A stretch of 64,000 nucleotides of DNA. It comes from the human T2T-CHM13v2.0 reference genome, Homo sapiens. Below the pieces are notes generated by a model. It made no database searches and was not told the DNA's origin. It saw only the letters and a program-made list of their open reading frames with translations. The DNA is taken from NCBI RefSeq assembly GCF_009914755.1, contig NC_060926.1; one strand, 5' to 3'. A program made the translations under genes and the position numbers. Shown piece after piece: positions 40,601 through 57,733 of this stretch. The stretch's first letter is position 1, and each line of letters starts with the position of its first letter.

Positions 40601-42633
40601 GGGCTCAGCCCTTCACTGGCTTTGAGCTCCTCTGCCTGAGGACTCCTGGGTGGACAAGTGGGCTGGCCAGAGGTGAAGGCAGCAGTGACTGGGGGCCTCG
40701 GGAGAAGGCTGTGGCCCAGTGTGACCTCCACAGGGCAGAAAGGGCATGCAGAGGAGAGGCTGGACAGCGGCTTGTAGGAATGAAGTCCCAGGCAGCAAAG
40801 ACAGGAGTACGAGGTTGACCAGATGGCTCTGGGGCCGGGGGTGTTGAGGATTTCTGTGATTTTAAGTGATCACGTAGTGAATTATTTTTACGCTTAACAA
40901 AGCCACCGAGGTATGGAAATCCATCCTGACAGCAGAAGACTAGGTGTGTGAATTCACTTTAGAAGTCACTCTGTGTTGGGGGGTTTGGAGGGGCCTCTGT
41001 GGAGTCCACACCTTGCCCCCTCTGCCTTCTGGGCTGGCCCCGGGCTTGGAGGCAGAGGCCCCTTGGGGTCCTGGTGGGATGAGCCGTTGTGTGGGGAGGG
41101 CCTACTGTGGCCACGCTGGGAGAGAGGCTGGACGCCAGCTCCGCAGCAGGATTGCACCTCCCCCTCTCCTCCTGGCCATGCCTGTGCTGAGGCCCTGGGA
41201 GGGCGGTGCCTGACCTCAGAGAATGTCGCTCTAATGGTGGAATTTCAGGTACTGCCACGTAGGGAAGAGTCTCGTGGGAAGGGCATTTTCCAGCCTCTGT
41301 CACAAAATCTCCAAGGGAATTCAGACCTCATCTAGTTCCATCCTCTTATTTTGCAGAAGAGGAGGCTGAGGGCCCGGGAGACCAAGGCTGCCCACCTGTG
41401 GGTGGCAGAGCCCAGGCACCCAGCGCCCCCAGCTCCCTGCCCCCTGCTCTTTCCGCCCACCCACACACCCAGCAGCTGGCCTCTCTGCGGCCAGCCTGCT
41501 CGCTTGCTGGACACCTCGACAGCCCCACCGCCAGCCGCAGGTGCGCGCAAGGGACCCGTCACAAGCATCTTGCCCTGTGGCCTCCTGAGAAGCGAGTGAG
41601 TGGACCACAGAGGTCATTTCCCAGCCACGTGGCCAGGCCCAGCCCGAGGCAGGACCGGGCTCAGGGTGGGAAGCAGGGCTGCTCAGAGGAGCCAGGATGG
41701 GGCGGCCAAGCCGACGGCCTGCGGGGCCGCCTCCGGACTCCTAACGCGGCAGGTGTTTTTACTCCTGCTGTCACTTATGTAGCAGTGTCACTCTTGCTTC
41801 ATCTTATCTGTTTCCTTCCAGGTCCAGCTTTAGGGGCAGCTGCCAGGCCTTAGGAGCCTTTGCAATGGTTTTGTATTCCTGTAGACACCAGATATAAACA
41901 GATTTATATATTTGTGTCCCTCCCCTGCTCCCCCCAGTTCCCCAGCCCGACGCACACTCTACACGCAGGCCACTCTGACCTCTGACCCCGTGTTCCATGT
42001 GGCAGGAGGGCCCGCCCCGGGCCAGGCCCCAGGTCATGGCTGCTGGCTGTCTGTGGCGGAAGTCCTTGGTTGTTTCCTCTCCCCTCCTCCCGGCTCTCAC
42101 CATTCTGTCCGTCTATCTCGTCTTGTCCTCAGTTTCAAAGCAATGTCACGAAGGGCTTCCTTTCCATGCCTAAAAGGAAACAATATGTTTTTGGAAAGAG
42201 GTGGGGTTGGAGCGGGTTCTGGGGCAACTTGGGGCCCTCGGTCTTGGGGCGATCAGAGGATATCTCTGGATTGGCTGGCATCACAGCCAGTTGGGAGCCT
42301 CCCAAGCCTGGGTCACGTTGGAGAATCTGCCACCCAAGGCAGGCAGGGCCGGGCTGGGATGCGTCGGCCTGCTTTGGTGGAGACACCAGGGCCTGCAGTG
42401 GGCTGAACCGTATTGTTTCCCTTTGAGGCCAGTCCTGGTCCTCGTCCCCATCCATAGCTCATGCTTTTTGATTTGCATCTTTTTTTGCATGGACATGCCG
42501 AGTAGTGATAAGCAGGGTTTTCTGTTCTTTTGGGCGTCTCTGGTCAGACTCTTCTCTTTCAGATCCCGTGTCACAGCATTAGGTTCAGGTGTGTCATTGC
42601 CGTGTCCTTTGAGCCCTAAAACCAAGGGCATGA

Positions 42634-43077
<444 letters not shown>

Positions 43078-44120
43078 TAATTCAGATAACTACATGCAAA
43101 GGCTCTCTTTCCCTGGCATGGAATGAAGAGGACTCCGTGTCATTTCTCTGTAGGTGGGAGAGGCATACTGTGCCCCGCCAGGCCTTGTGGGAACAAATGG
43201 CACCATGAGGGCTGTGCATGTGCTCTGTTTGTGGGGAAAGGCTATGGCCCTGGCCTCACAGTCCTGTTCTCTAGACCCTGAACAAAGCAGCCCAAACTTG
43301 CCTTCCCTTTACCTTATTCATACCTGGGCTGCCTCAGATGTCTGTCCAGGTCTAGACATCTGAACTGTCCCTTGAGTACCCAGATCTGCTGCCCAGGATG
43401 GGGACTGAGTGTCAGGAGCTCCCGGGGGGGTCGCTGACCCGAACAACATGCTGCCTTTACGCTTGATGCTACCCCGCATGGGCGACGGCAAGGTGAGGGA
43501 GGGACAAAGACGAAAGCCCCCAAAGAAGCAGTGGCCTGGGGTGTGGAGTGCAGAGAGAAAGCCAGAGCCCAGCCTAGAGATGGGGCAGATCCGTGAGGAC
43601 AGAGGGGCACCAAGCAGTCTCGAGGTGCCAGGAACCACGATGGCAGTGAGGCTCGCGCACAGATGGGCCTCCAGAAACCCAGACACGCCTAGGTTGGAAG
43701 AACCACTAGCATGAAGGGGAAAGAGTGCAAGGCCCTGGGAGGGACAGTATTGGGTAAACAGGATACGGAGATGGCTCCCACCCCAGACCTAGCCACTAAG
43801 CCCAGGAGAGCTGGCCAGATGGACCCCAGAGCCTAGCGAGCCAGATTGAGTGGGGCAGAAGCCTATGCAAGAAGCTGGGAGGTGTGTGAGGGGCACTACT
43901 GCTAACGAAGGAGTCTGGGACCACAGACATGCCTGGCACAACATGGAAGATGCTGTAAGCCTCAGTGCCACCCTCAACCTCAGCGACAGTGTGACTCCTG
44001 ACGCCTGACCCCAGCCCAGGCCCAGGCTCTGAGCAGGGCTCTCCTGCTCCATGCCTCCCAGTCTCGGTCCTTCTGCCAGGACCTGTGCGCACAGAGGGAG
44101 GCCCCTGGGAGTCAGCATGA

Positions 44121-44720
<600 letters not shown>

Positions 44721-45134
44721 TGAGAAACCAGTCACCAAAGGATCCTCAAGGGCTGGCATTCCACCCCAAAGGAGACCCAAGTCGGCCAAGAGCCGCAGCA
44801 CCTGCACTCTGCAGGGAGAAGTGGGTCCCTGAGCCAGGGGGCTCTGGGGCTCCCAGGAACACGGACCCAGCTGGAGGAGCCCATACCTGCTCTGATTGTT
44901 GAGGGGATGGACAGCCCGCAATGGACCAAATGGAAACCCCTGCATGCAGGAAGAGGGAGAGTGAGGTCCTGAGGGGACTGTGTTGGGTAAACAGAGGATA
45001 CAGAGAGGGCTCCCGCCCCAGATCTCGCCATTGAGCCCCAGAGAAAGGGGTCCTCAGATCAGGTGGGAGGCAGGGTTTCTTTTCAGAGGTAGGAAGTTAG
45101 ATGGGGCAGCTAATAACAGTGACAGCCACAAGTC

Positions 45135-46070
45135 CCTATGACTCCCAGATCTGTGTCTCAGGCTGAAACCCTTTCCTGAGCTCCAGACCCCTCTGCTCAG
45201 TGGCCTTCTGGGCCTCTCCAGCAGAATGTCCTGCAGATCCGTCTAATTCACCAAGCCGAAAGCCTACACCTCTTCCTGTTCCTTATTTCAGCGATGCCTG
45301 GTCCCCAGAACTGAAGCTTAGCTTCCTCCCACTTCTCCCATAGCCATTTCGCTACACGCGCTCATTCCTGCCTCCTTCCTCCCCTTTAAGTGGATCGACT
45401 TCCCTCTCCCCATCGAGACCTTCCTCCTCTCGCCAGGATTACTGCAGCACCTCCTAAGTGGTTTCCTTGCCTCTGTCTTGCTCCCTCCAAATCCATTTTC
45501 CACCCTCCAGCCTGAGCAGTCTCTCTAAAAGCACACTGAACATCTCATCCATCCACTCAAACCCCTCGTCAGTTGCCTCGTCGACTCCACAGGGGAAACT
45601 GTGCAGTCCTTGTTGAGCATGAGCATGAGCTGGCCTCCCCAGCCTCTCTCCTCTCACTTCTCCCTGTCTCCCTAAACGCCTCCTCAACAAAATCCTGTTA
45701 CATCTCGTAAGAATAAACCCCAGACAATTCTCCAGACACACCATTCTCTTTCACTCTCTGACGCCTCTACACGGGCTTCGAATGTCCACCCTCCCATCCA
45801 CCTTGTGCCTGGCAGAAGTCTGCCCATTTTGTATACCCCATCCAGATGCCATTCCCTCTGCAAAACCTCTTACTCCTGCACCCACTACAAACCCTCACCA
45901 GACACTCCTCTTGCCCCTCGTGAATTTTTCATAGCAGATCCCCTCCCATTAAACTGTGTACCCCTTGAGGTCTGAAACTGGGTCACAGTGGTCTCTGCAC
46001 CCCCAGTGATGAGCGTCATGCCTGGCCTATGGTGGTCTCGTTACTCATGGGATGAAACGAAAGTAGAGTG
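45135..46070 (+). mobile_element. L2 LINE fragments
   Basis: tatgactcccagatctg...cctgagctccagacc...ggattactgcagcacctcctaagtggtttccttgcctc...ccttgagg. Confidence 0.75.
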
Positions 46071-46643
46071 ATGAGCAGAGTTTGTTAGGAGGGGAGATTC
46101 AAGGGAGCCTGTAAAACCACCTCAGTGCAGGGTGACAGTTTGAGGCCGTGGGACATGGGACACCACTGAAAGTTTTCGGTGCTGGAGAGACACAGGCTCC
46201 CACGGCTGAGACTTACAAGCTCAATAGTCGCCATCTCCTTGAAGCTTTCCTGGGTCCTCCCACCTGTTCCTGAGTCCTTGTCACACTCACAGCTCTTTAA
46301 TAATCGCGTCTTCCTCATTTTAACCCCTCGCCCCTGCCCCCAGTGGCCTGATCTGCAGCAGGGGTCCACAGCCCCAGGTGGAGTGAGAGAATGGGGTGCT
46401 GGGGGGATGAACACATGCTCCCACTCCTGCAGGGCTGGCTGCAGCCTGCCAGCCTCCCCTCCGCACCCCTGCGCTCCCGGCCCTCCCCTCCACACCTCCA
46501 GCTGACTAGACTTCCCTTCACCTCTGTCTAGGCTAGCAGAGTATCTACACTCCCAAGCCTAACACAGCCTGGAATTATCCATTCTTGTGCAGCCCCACAC
46601 CATTTCTTTCCGTCCGGGAGGTGGCTCTCTCTTGCTAGTCTAA

Positions 46644-47562
<919 letters not shown>

Positions 47563-50500
47563 TAATGAGGCCACGGTCAGGACAGGGGCATGCTCTTTGC
47601 TCACCAAGAACTGAAATCACGTCACTCACTGTACCTCCCAACACCCACTCAGTGGCGATGGAGCAGAGCCTGGACCATTCATATGGGCAGTCATCCCAGG
47701 CTCTTCAGTCACAGCACCGGGGGCAGCAGGGTGTGGGATACAAGCAGATGGGATGACATCTGTGTCACCTTTGCAGTCGCTGAGATGGGAGATGGGGCGC
47801 TTCTGTCCCGACAACCCATTTAGGTGTCAGACAAGCTGGAGGCCCAAGATCCAGTTGCAGAAGGCCTGGGATGAGCCAGACCCTCCTGGCCAGGCAGTCA
47901 GGGAACACCCTGCACCATGAGCACCAGCCCAGAGACTGCTGGGGTTTCGGGCAAAGCTGGAAGCAATGTTTAAAATGCAGGTCATGCCAGTGGCGGTGCC
48001 TCCTTGTCCTGCCAAGCGGGGGGTCCCACACCAGGGAGCTCCCTTCCTCCCTCCAGCCACACACACCAGGACATCTGTTCGTAATACAGAGAAAGGCCAC
48101 TGCATACAAACTAAGCAATTTAGGGAGAACATTCTTGCCAACCCTCTAGAACTTTCCAGAAGAAAAAATAAGCCAAAGGACCACGTGTGAACCTGCCCTC
48201 CGCTGGGAGTCCCAGCCTGGCTTCCTCCCAAGGCCATTGTGGAGGGTCAGATACAGGCATGAGGGGCGTGGGCTGAAGTGGGTGCTTCCGGATGAGAATA
48301 CAAAATCCTTTTCCCTTGAGCCAGGGAGACTGTTCTTTCTTACAGAGAACAGATGCCTGGGGGAAAAGCTCAGGAAGCTTTGTCAGGCAGCAGAACGGAG
48401 GCTTAGTCCTGCTTTTGGAGAAACTAGTGCCTGGAGGGTAACCCGTCAGGCTGACCTGGCCCAAAGCACAACCCAGGGGAGACAGCTAAGATTGCCAGAG
48501 CCCCTCCTGCACCTGAGCCCACCACCCCCACCGCCATGTGTCACCAGAAAGCACATCTTCCCGTGGGACATCATGTTGCCTATGAAGCCACACATACCCC
48601 TCAATTTGTATTTTTCCCCCTTGGTGGCTAATTGGACACTTGACAAATGTTACAGCAAAGACGGTTGCAGAGTGAGGCAGGCTCTGAATGCTCATTGTGG
48701 GCTTTTAACTCCTCCCCCAAGTGGAGCCCAGAGATGGCTCAGTAACAACATTTAGTTATCATATTGATCTGGCAATCATGGGCATTCCCACGTGAAAATG
48801 AGGATATTACCGCAGTTGCTGGAGCTGGGTTGGCCCCGGTGCTGGCAGCCTTCAGTGTGACCCACTGCCCAGCTATGCATACCCCAAGCATTCTGGAAGC
48901 ATCGGCTTCCGATCATTTGTCATCCAATAATAAACAAACACATGAAAAATGAGACATTTTCTCTGTAGGAGTAAACTGAACTGGATCCGTCATTCTGTCT
49001 TGCTTTTGTCGGCTATTTTTAATCTCCTAAGACACTGATTACTCATTTTGCAAACTTATACTGTTGATAAATATAGGGATTTGTTCAAGGATCAAATGCA
49101 CCAACTAAGCAGTGAGACAAGCTCTACTCTTCCAGGGTCCTGGAGCAGTCCTCCAAGACCAGGGGTTGCCTGTATGGGCCTTCCCTGGGGGGCAAGGCCC
49201 TCCTTCTGGCTGTGAAAGTTCAGCATGGGCACAGTGTGAGCGAGACCACCCCGGGAACCCCAAGAGATGAAGGACAAAAGGGTGCCCTGAAGGGCCCTGA
49301 GCCCTTCCTCAGCCCACCAGAGTCTGCCAACTGTCCTTGCAGGGGCAGGATGCAGGCTTGAAGACCCCTGGGCAGTGTGCATGCAAGTGGGTTGGAGGGT
49401 GCAGGGGAAGGAACGCTCACTGCTTTCCAAGAAGTGTAGCTAGACCCCCTTCGGGTAGGTTGCTTTCTGTGGCACACAGCGGCAATGATGAGAATTCAGG
49501 GTGACAGGAAGGTCAGGGTAATGGGGACAGACACGAGGGGGCTTTGTTCCCCAGGAAGCACTAATGGTACAAATGGCTATTATATTGATAATGAATGAGA
49601 TATATGGTGCATTATAATTATATTACATTATGGTATTACAGGAATAGAGCAAGATTATATAATTATAGATTAAGACAACAGCGCAATAGACAAACCTGTA
49701 TTATATCATTATATAAATAACCGGGTCTAATATTTTATAGCAATATATTGCAGTCACTGTGGTTACTGGATAAATGATAGCAGAACGCCTCACTCGGCAG
49801 GGTCATTTGCATGTCATTAGCATATCCTTCTCAAGCAGGAAGCTGACAGATTGAGCTGACGGGAGGGCTCATGGCTTGGCAATCAGCCACCTGGAATAAC
49901 AAGCTCTCAGGAAATTCGCATTTGGTGCGATGTGCCATCATACTGAAAGACTGAGGACTAACAGCCACATAATCTTCCACTGTCTCCCAGCTCCTTCTGC
50001 AGGAGCTCTTTGGAACCCTGCCATATTGGCTTAAAAAGCAGATATCTGAACTTCTGACACTGTCCAAAAAGACACTTACTCCATTGCATATAAGCTACAT
50101 ATCATTTGTCTGGGGCTTAATTGAATCTGCCCCGCTGCTGCCCTTTGAGACATTCCAGCCTCGTCTCAAATCCAAGCACACAACTGGACGTCACATCACC
50201 CTCGCTCAGAGGCAGAGGCACGGGCTCTGGGAGGCCAGCTTCCTGGGCTCTGGGCTGTGACTGAGTTATGACTGGTGTCCCAAGGAGGCTCACAGAAAGA
50301 AAGCAGGCCCCGTATGCCTCCCAGGAAAGATGTGCTGGGGACAGACCCAACCCTGGTGGCACAGCATGCCATGCCCAGGCCTCGCATTGCGTCCAGGCAC
50401 TCACCGAACAGTGAGCAGCATGGTGGGCGGTAGATGTGTCCCCTGCTGGGAGGGCCTAAGTATGGAGGCAACTGGAGTTGGGAGACCAGCCCCCAAGGAA

Positions 50501-51284
50501 CCCGACAGAAACACTGAGGACCGATATTCCAGCTTCCCCATGAAGCAAGACCTCAAACATCCCAGTGACCTGGCCAGGCTGCTGAACCCCAAGTCTGCTT
50601 TTCCCAGCAGCTGCCTCCTGTTGTCCTTTCTCCCCTGTCTTGTCTGGCACTCATGTTCTATCACTTCATCCTTTTCCTCTGCTGCTTTGTCCTGCACCCC
50701 ACATCAGCAGATCTGTTCAACCCAACCGTTTGCCTTCTCGGCGCCCAGCCCTGGGGGCTGAATGCTGATGGAGGAAATCCCACCCCATAACACACTGGCC
50801 CCACCACACGAGAAGGGAAGGCCCCCATCCTCTACCGGGTCCTTCACACTGCAAGGCAGCCTTTCTGGGTTTCCCTCTTCAGCACTTTCTCCTACTCTCA
50901 TGAGCAGTTATTTCCTGTCTTGACCTCTCTCTTCAGAGATCTGACCCTACAGACTCCCCCACTACTTTGGTCAACTCTGACTCCTGCTTCACAGAGAAAA
51001 TGGAGCCATCAGTCAAGAACTTGCTCACCTTCCTGCAGTCATTCCTACAAATACAGCTACACTCGTGCCATCCTTGACTTCCTCTCTCCTGTGCAAATGG
51101 ACTCCACGTTCCCTCTGCACTTTGGATTCCATTTGCATCCACCTCCTGGAAGCCTTCCATCATCAGCACTCCCGTCTCTTTCATACACATTTAATCTTTC
51201 ATTATCCAGTTGGACTCCTTCCTATTTTAGCATGTAAACACAATTAAACATTCCCCTTAAAAATTAAAACAAGACCTGTTTTCT

Positions 51285-51680
51285 GCTGGCTCGTGAGATC
51301 TGAAGTTAAAATTACAGGAACTCTGAGCCAGTTGTTTTAACCACAAAAATTTAACAATTTTTAATTATTAAAAATTATATACACATATTAAAAACAAAGG
51401 TAATCCATACTCAAAATTCATCACTTCCTAATTTTTTACTACATGTTACTACTCTCTTGGGCCTTGAGGTTATATATGCCTATTGCGCCTCTCCAGGGAG
51501 GAGATTCCAGAGAATGGTGGCCACAGCACATCTCTTTCCAACTCCATGTTCAGCAACATCCCTATGGTAGCTTGAAATCAGCCAAGTGGGAGGAGTGACA
51601 TCGCAGAAACCAGCAAACGCTACAAACCATGACGTTTTCCCTAGAGAGCTGGCTGTTAAACATTCATCAGCATTCCATTG
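51285..51680 (-). mobile_element. MER63-type hAT-Blackjack DNA transposon
   Basis: ggtagcttgaaatcagcc...gcaaacgctacaaa...gagagctggctgttaaacattcatcagcattccattg terminus. Confidence 0.75.
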
Positions 51681-52500
51681 ACCCCTCTCAGCTCCGGATT
51701 CTTTTCTAGGTCCTACCTTCTGTGCCTCTTCACAGCTAAATTTCTTCCAAAAGAAGTCTACACCCACGGTCTCCACTGACACAAATGGGTTCTGCACCTC
51801 TTGTTCCGGTTGAAGTGCCCTTGACTACAGAGCAGTGGCCTGCTGGAGATTCCATCCTCCATCCTTGAAGCCCTCACCTTCAGGGGCACAGCCACTCACT
51901 CGCTGTTGGGACCTTGGCTGCCCTCTGAGGACGCCTCTCAGCTCCCCTCTTAAAGACTACATTTCCCCAGTTTGTCCTCAGCCCCCATGCACTTCACATC
52001 TCCCCAGCACACTCCTGAGCTTCCATTTCCAGCTTTGTGCCAGAGATCCCACAGCTGAATATTTAATCCACACCCAAATATCTGACTGTCTGCTGCACAT
52101 CTCCAATCTGTTGCCCACAAATACTGTAAACTTCCTGTGAAGAAAACTGAAATCACCCTCCTCCCTCAACCTTCCCATCCCACCAGTAGTGTCACCATCC
52201 ACCAGTCCCAAGCCAGACCCTGAACCATCCTTGGCAACTATCTCCTTTAGCGCCAGCATCTCATCAATGAGCAAACACACCCATTCCCCTCTCCTTCTGT
52301 TCTCCTGTCCTCATACTCTTTTGTCATTCCTTGGTCCAAGCCACTGTCGCATCTCACCAAATTTCTTGTGCAGACTAGTCCAACTAGTCTCCCCGCTTCT
52401 GACCTCTTCATTCCAGGACATACTCCATCCTGCAGACACAGTGATCTCTCTAGATGCCAAATTTGATCACATTATTTTCCTGCTTAAAACCTTCAGGGCA

Positions 52501-52797
52501 GTCAGGTGCTGTGGCTCACATCTGTAATCCCAGCACTTTAGGAGGCCAAGGTGGGAGGATTGCTTAAGCTCAGGAGTTCGAGACCAGCCTGGGCAACATA
52601 GGGAGACCTCATCTCTACGACAAATCAAAAAATTAGCCAGGCATGATGGTGCACACCTGTAGTCCCAGCTACTCAGGAGGCTGAGGTGGGAGAATTGTTT
52701 AAGCCCAGAAGATCAAGGCTGCAGTGAGCCATAATCATGCCACTCACTGCATTCTAGCCTAGGCAACAGAGCAAGACCCTGCCTCAAACAAACAAAC
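52501..52797 (+). mobile_element. AluJ
   Basis: gggaggattgcttaagctcaggagttcgag; gatcaaggctgcagtgagcc; (CAAA)n tail. Confidence 0.95.
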
Positions 52798-52852
52798 CTT
52801 CACCCACTGCACTCTAGATAAAGCCCAACTCCTTTAGCTTCGCACACATGGC

Positions 52853-53191
52853 TTTTTTTTGCTTTTTTTTTTTTTTTTTTTTTTTTTTCAGACGGAGTTT
52901 TGCTCGTTGCCCAGGCTGGAGTGCAATGGCGCGATCTTGGCTCACCGCAGCCTCTGCCTCCCAGGTTCAAGCAGTTCTTCTGCCTCAGCCGGGTAGCTGG
53001 GTAGCTGGGTAGCTGGAATTACAGGCATGTGCCACCATGCCCAGCTAATTTTTTTTTTTTTTTGTATTTTTAGTAGAGACGGGGTTTCTCCATGTTGGTG
53101 AGCCTGGTCTCGAACTCCCGACCTCAGATGATCCGCCCACCTCGGCCTCCCAAAGTGCTGGGATGATAGGCGTGAGCCATCGCGCCCAGCC
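52853..53191 (-). mobile_element. AluS (Sp-like) with an internal GGGTAGCT triplication (52991-53014)
   Basis: Poly-T then antisense dimer. TSD cacatggct. Confidence 0.96.
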
Positions 53192-53238
53192 CACATGGCT
53201 CTTTTTAACTACCCCCCACTTCCAGCCATTCCATACTA

Positions 53239-53544
53239 TGGGAGCACCTTGACTGATGATGGGGTTATGTCCTGATAAACTCATTATAAGTTGAAAATAT
53301 TCTAAGGCAAAAATGCATTTAATACACCTGCCCTACTGAACATCATAGTTCAGCCAGCTTACCTTAAACATGCTCTGAACACTTACATTAGCCTACAGCT
53401 GGGCAAAAGCATCTAACACAAAGCCTATTTTATAATAAAATGTCAGATATCTCATGGATTTTATTGAACACTGTATATTACATCAAAATTGCAATCATTT
53501 TGCACCATGATAAAGTCAAAAAATCCTAAGTCGGGGACTGTCTG
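53239..53544 (+). mobile_element. MER47A (TcMar-Tigger MITE)
   Basis: gatggggttatgtcctgataaac...aaaatgcatttaatacacct...acacttacattagcctacagctgggcaaaa...aagtcggggactgtctg. Confidence 0.85.
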
Positions 53545-54225
53545 CACTATAAATTCTCCCAAAATGCCACCTTTGCCTACTGCTCTCCCTTCACCTGTAA
53601 TGTTTTCCCTGTGCCCACTCAGTCCTGCTTCCCATCCACCTAGCTAGTAGCTTATTCACTCTTCAAGGCCCAGCCTGGGTATCAGCGCCTCCAGAAAGCT
53701 AATATGACCTATTGGAGCTGCTGGGTGCCCCCTGCCATGTGCACCTTGGGTTTCTCACCTTCAGACCACTCAGCATCCTGCATGTAATTATTCTTTGTGT
53801 GTTTTATTTGGCTGCCTTCCCCACGAGGCCATAAGCACCTCGAGGGCAGGAATGGTGCTTCATCCAGCACGTTTCTCCAGTTTCCAGCCTGGGGCCTGGC
53901 TATAAAGCAAATGCTCAGTCCAGCATTGCGGAATGCAAGGGTAGGACTGAGCTGGATAGAGAGGAGGGGAGCACTGTGTGAGCAAAGGGATGGAGACAGG
54001 AATTCTGCACAGACGCTGCCATAGGCAGAAAGAGCCCACTGATGTTCCAGAGGAAGGCCGAGAGGGCTAGTTTGGACGAGACCCCAGGAGGTCTTGAGTG
54101 TCTCATCGCAGTGCCCCCCACTGCTGGTGTGATCTCAGGCTATGCTGGCCATGCTGAGGGCGAGGAGCAGATGGCAGTTTGCTGCCCTTGCTTGTGACCT
54201 CTGCCCCGCACAAGGTCCATCTTGA

Positions 54226-54501
<276 letters not shown>

Positions 54502-54762
54502 TGATTTGTTCAGTATCCCATGCCCAGAAGTCAGGCTAAGCCCAACAGCTCTGCAGACCCAGATCTAGAGGGTGGCAGGAGTTGCCGAGCCCCCAGCTCA
54601 GGTGTCTGGAGAGGGGCAAGTGAGTCAAGGCTCCAGGTTCCCCTAGGCCCCGGACCCATCCCCAGGCCAATCAGTCACTTGTTGGAAGTCTTTCGAGCTT
54701 CCTTCCCTGGAGGGTCTTCTGGGAAAGAAAAGGAGAGGGAAGTCCAAGACAAGCTGCCGTGA

Positions 54763-54933
<171 letters not shown>

Positions 54934-55553
54934 TGAGAGGCTGCGGCGCCTTGACTAGGGCTGGGACGGAGGAGTGGGAGGAGGAGGGGTGTGACCACAA
55001 TGATTTCCTGCCATCAGTGACCATAGCAATTCCCAGGCCCAGAGCAGTGGCCCTCCCCCTCCAACCACAGGAGTGGGCATTAGCCCAGACCAGTAGGGTG
55101 GAGCCCACGGCAGCCTCTGGTCCAGGAGCCCAACCCCGGGGCTCCAGCTGGCCCCAGCTCCAGCAGAAATGAACCATTTCCTGAAGGCATCAAGGCTACC
55201 CTGCTCTCAGTGAGAGGTGAGGTCAGCTTCCCCCAGGACCACCTGCCCCATCACAGACAGAAGGCAGTGCCAGGCCAGAGCTGTGTGATGCCCTACAGGG
55301 ACAAGTGACTTCTTGGGGGAATGCTCTGAGGACATGAACGATCCTGATGGCTTTGGGAGCTGTGCTCAGAGTCCCAAAGGCTGACTGGGCAAAAGCACAC
55401 ACAAACCCACCCCTGCAGGCAGAGAAGGTAGAGGGCTGAGTGTGGCTCGGTCCCCAGGCTTTCTGGCCCTGTGGCAGCGAGACACCAGTCCCTGCTCTTC
55501 CAGCCCCATCCTTTCCTGGACTAAGAGGAACAAGGAATAAAAAGGGGCCCCAA

Positions 55554-55934
<381 letters not shown>

Positions 55935-56279
55935 TCAGTGTGGGAATAGCATGAAGTACTTAGAGTGCCCATTGTTTGTGTAGCATAGCTAGAAAAGATA
56001 TAACCTCCTACTAGCATGTCAGTGACCTTGGACATATCCCTTCACCTCTCTGAGGAAGTTCTATCTGTGAAACAGGCGGTTGGACCAGACAACTGCTAAG
56101 CTCCTGTTGGACTGAGATTTCACAATTCTTGAGCCATACTTCCATGTCATGTACCCTAATGGTGGCAGTGTGCAGAGCACAGTCTGACTACCCCGTCCAC
56201 TGATGCAGACAACTGGAGCATTGCGCTCCACTTGGGAGGATGCTCGCACCTTCTCTGAGACTAGAAGTAAATGGGAAAG

Positions 56280-56604
<325 letters not shown>

Positions 56605-57484
56605 TTAAGCTGGGTCTTGCAAGATAATCAGGTAATAGGTGCACCACAGAAGGAAAATATGAGGGCCCCAGATGGCATGAACTAAGGGAGAGAAGACTGG
56701 AAGCTTCAGGGTCTGGTAAGAAGTCCAGACTGATGTGTTCTCTTTAAGAGATTTCAGAAACGGGTGGAGCCTTTGAAAAGGTATGTGTCCAATGTCAGGG
56801 AATAGCCAGGAAGAAATGGCCATTAGCTGAAATGAAAGAGTGTCAGGGCTAGAAACAAGGATGTGGACGTCAGTGCAAAGAAGTAGCTGAAATGCATTAA
56901 GGGAGTCAGTGCAGAGAGGGGCCAGATGCTGAGCCCTCATGATGAGAGGAGCTGACTGAGACAACAGGAGCAAGCCAGTGAGTGTCACACAGGGAAGGGG
57001 TCCAGGCACAGCCATCGGTCACCCTGCAGAGCATGCCCGGCCCTTGCAATCCTGGGTGGGCAACAGCACCAGGTCACACAGAAGCACCTTGGCAGGTGGA
57101 GCTCCCAGTCAAGTGGCTGACATTCAATTCCAGCTGAGCTCCTTATTATTCTCTCTCGTCATTCTTGTGAGTCATGTTCCCAATTTGATTTGAGCAGTAG
57201 GAAGGCTGCGTGTGCCACACAAGAGCCTCCAGAAAGCCTCAGTGACCTGAGCTGAGTGCCCGCACAGAGATCTTTCGTCTCCTAGCCATGGTTAGTCACT
57301 CTGGCGGGGCAGGGAGGGAGCGCCTTCTGCCGCTCGCAGGGTGGCATAGCACGGCTTCCTGACTGGCCCTGGAGGACAGGTGTTTTTCTTATGCCAGCCC
57401 AGGTTAGAGGGCAAAGAAGGGCAGCAAGATCCCAGATGCCTTCTGCAAAAGGCACAGGCAGCCTACAACAGGACACGACGTTGA

Positions 57485-57733
<249 letters not shown>

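Larger units (their letters stand above)
50780..53920 (+). mobile_element. Fragmented L2 hosting younger insertions (MER63, two Alus, MER47)
   Basis: Pyrimidine-rich L2-like segments (50.8-51.27, 51.7-52.49, 53.55-53.92 kb) ending cctggggcctggctataaagcaaatgctcag. Confidence 0.65.
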
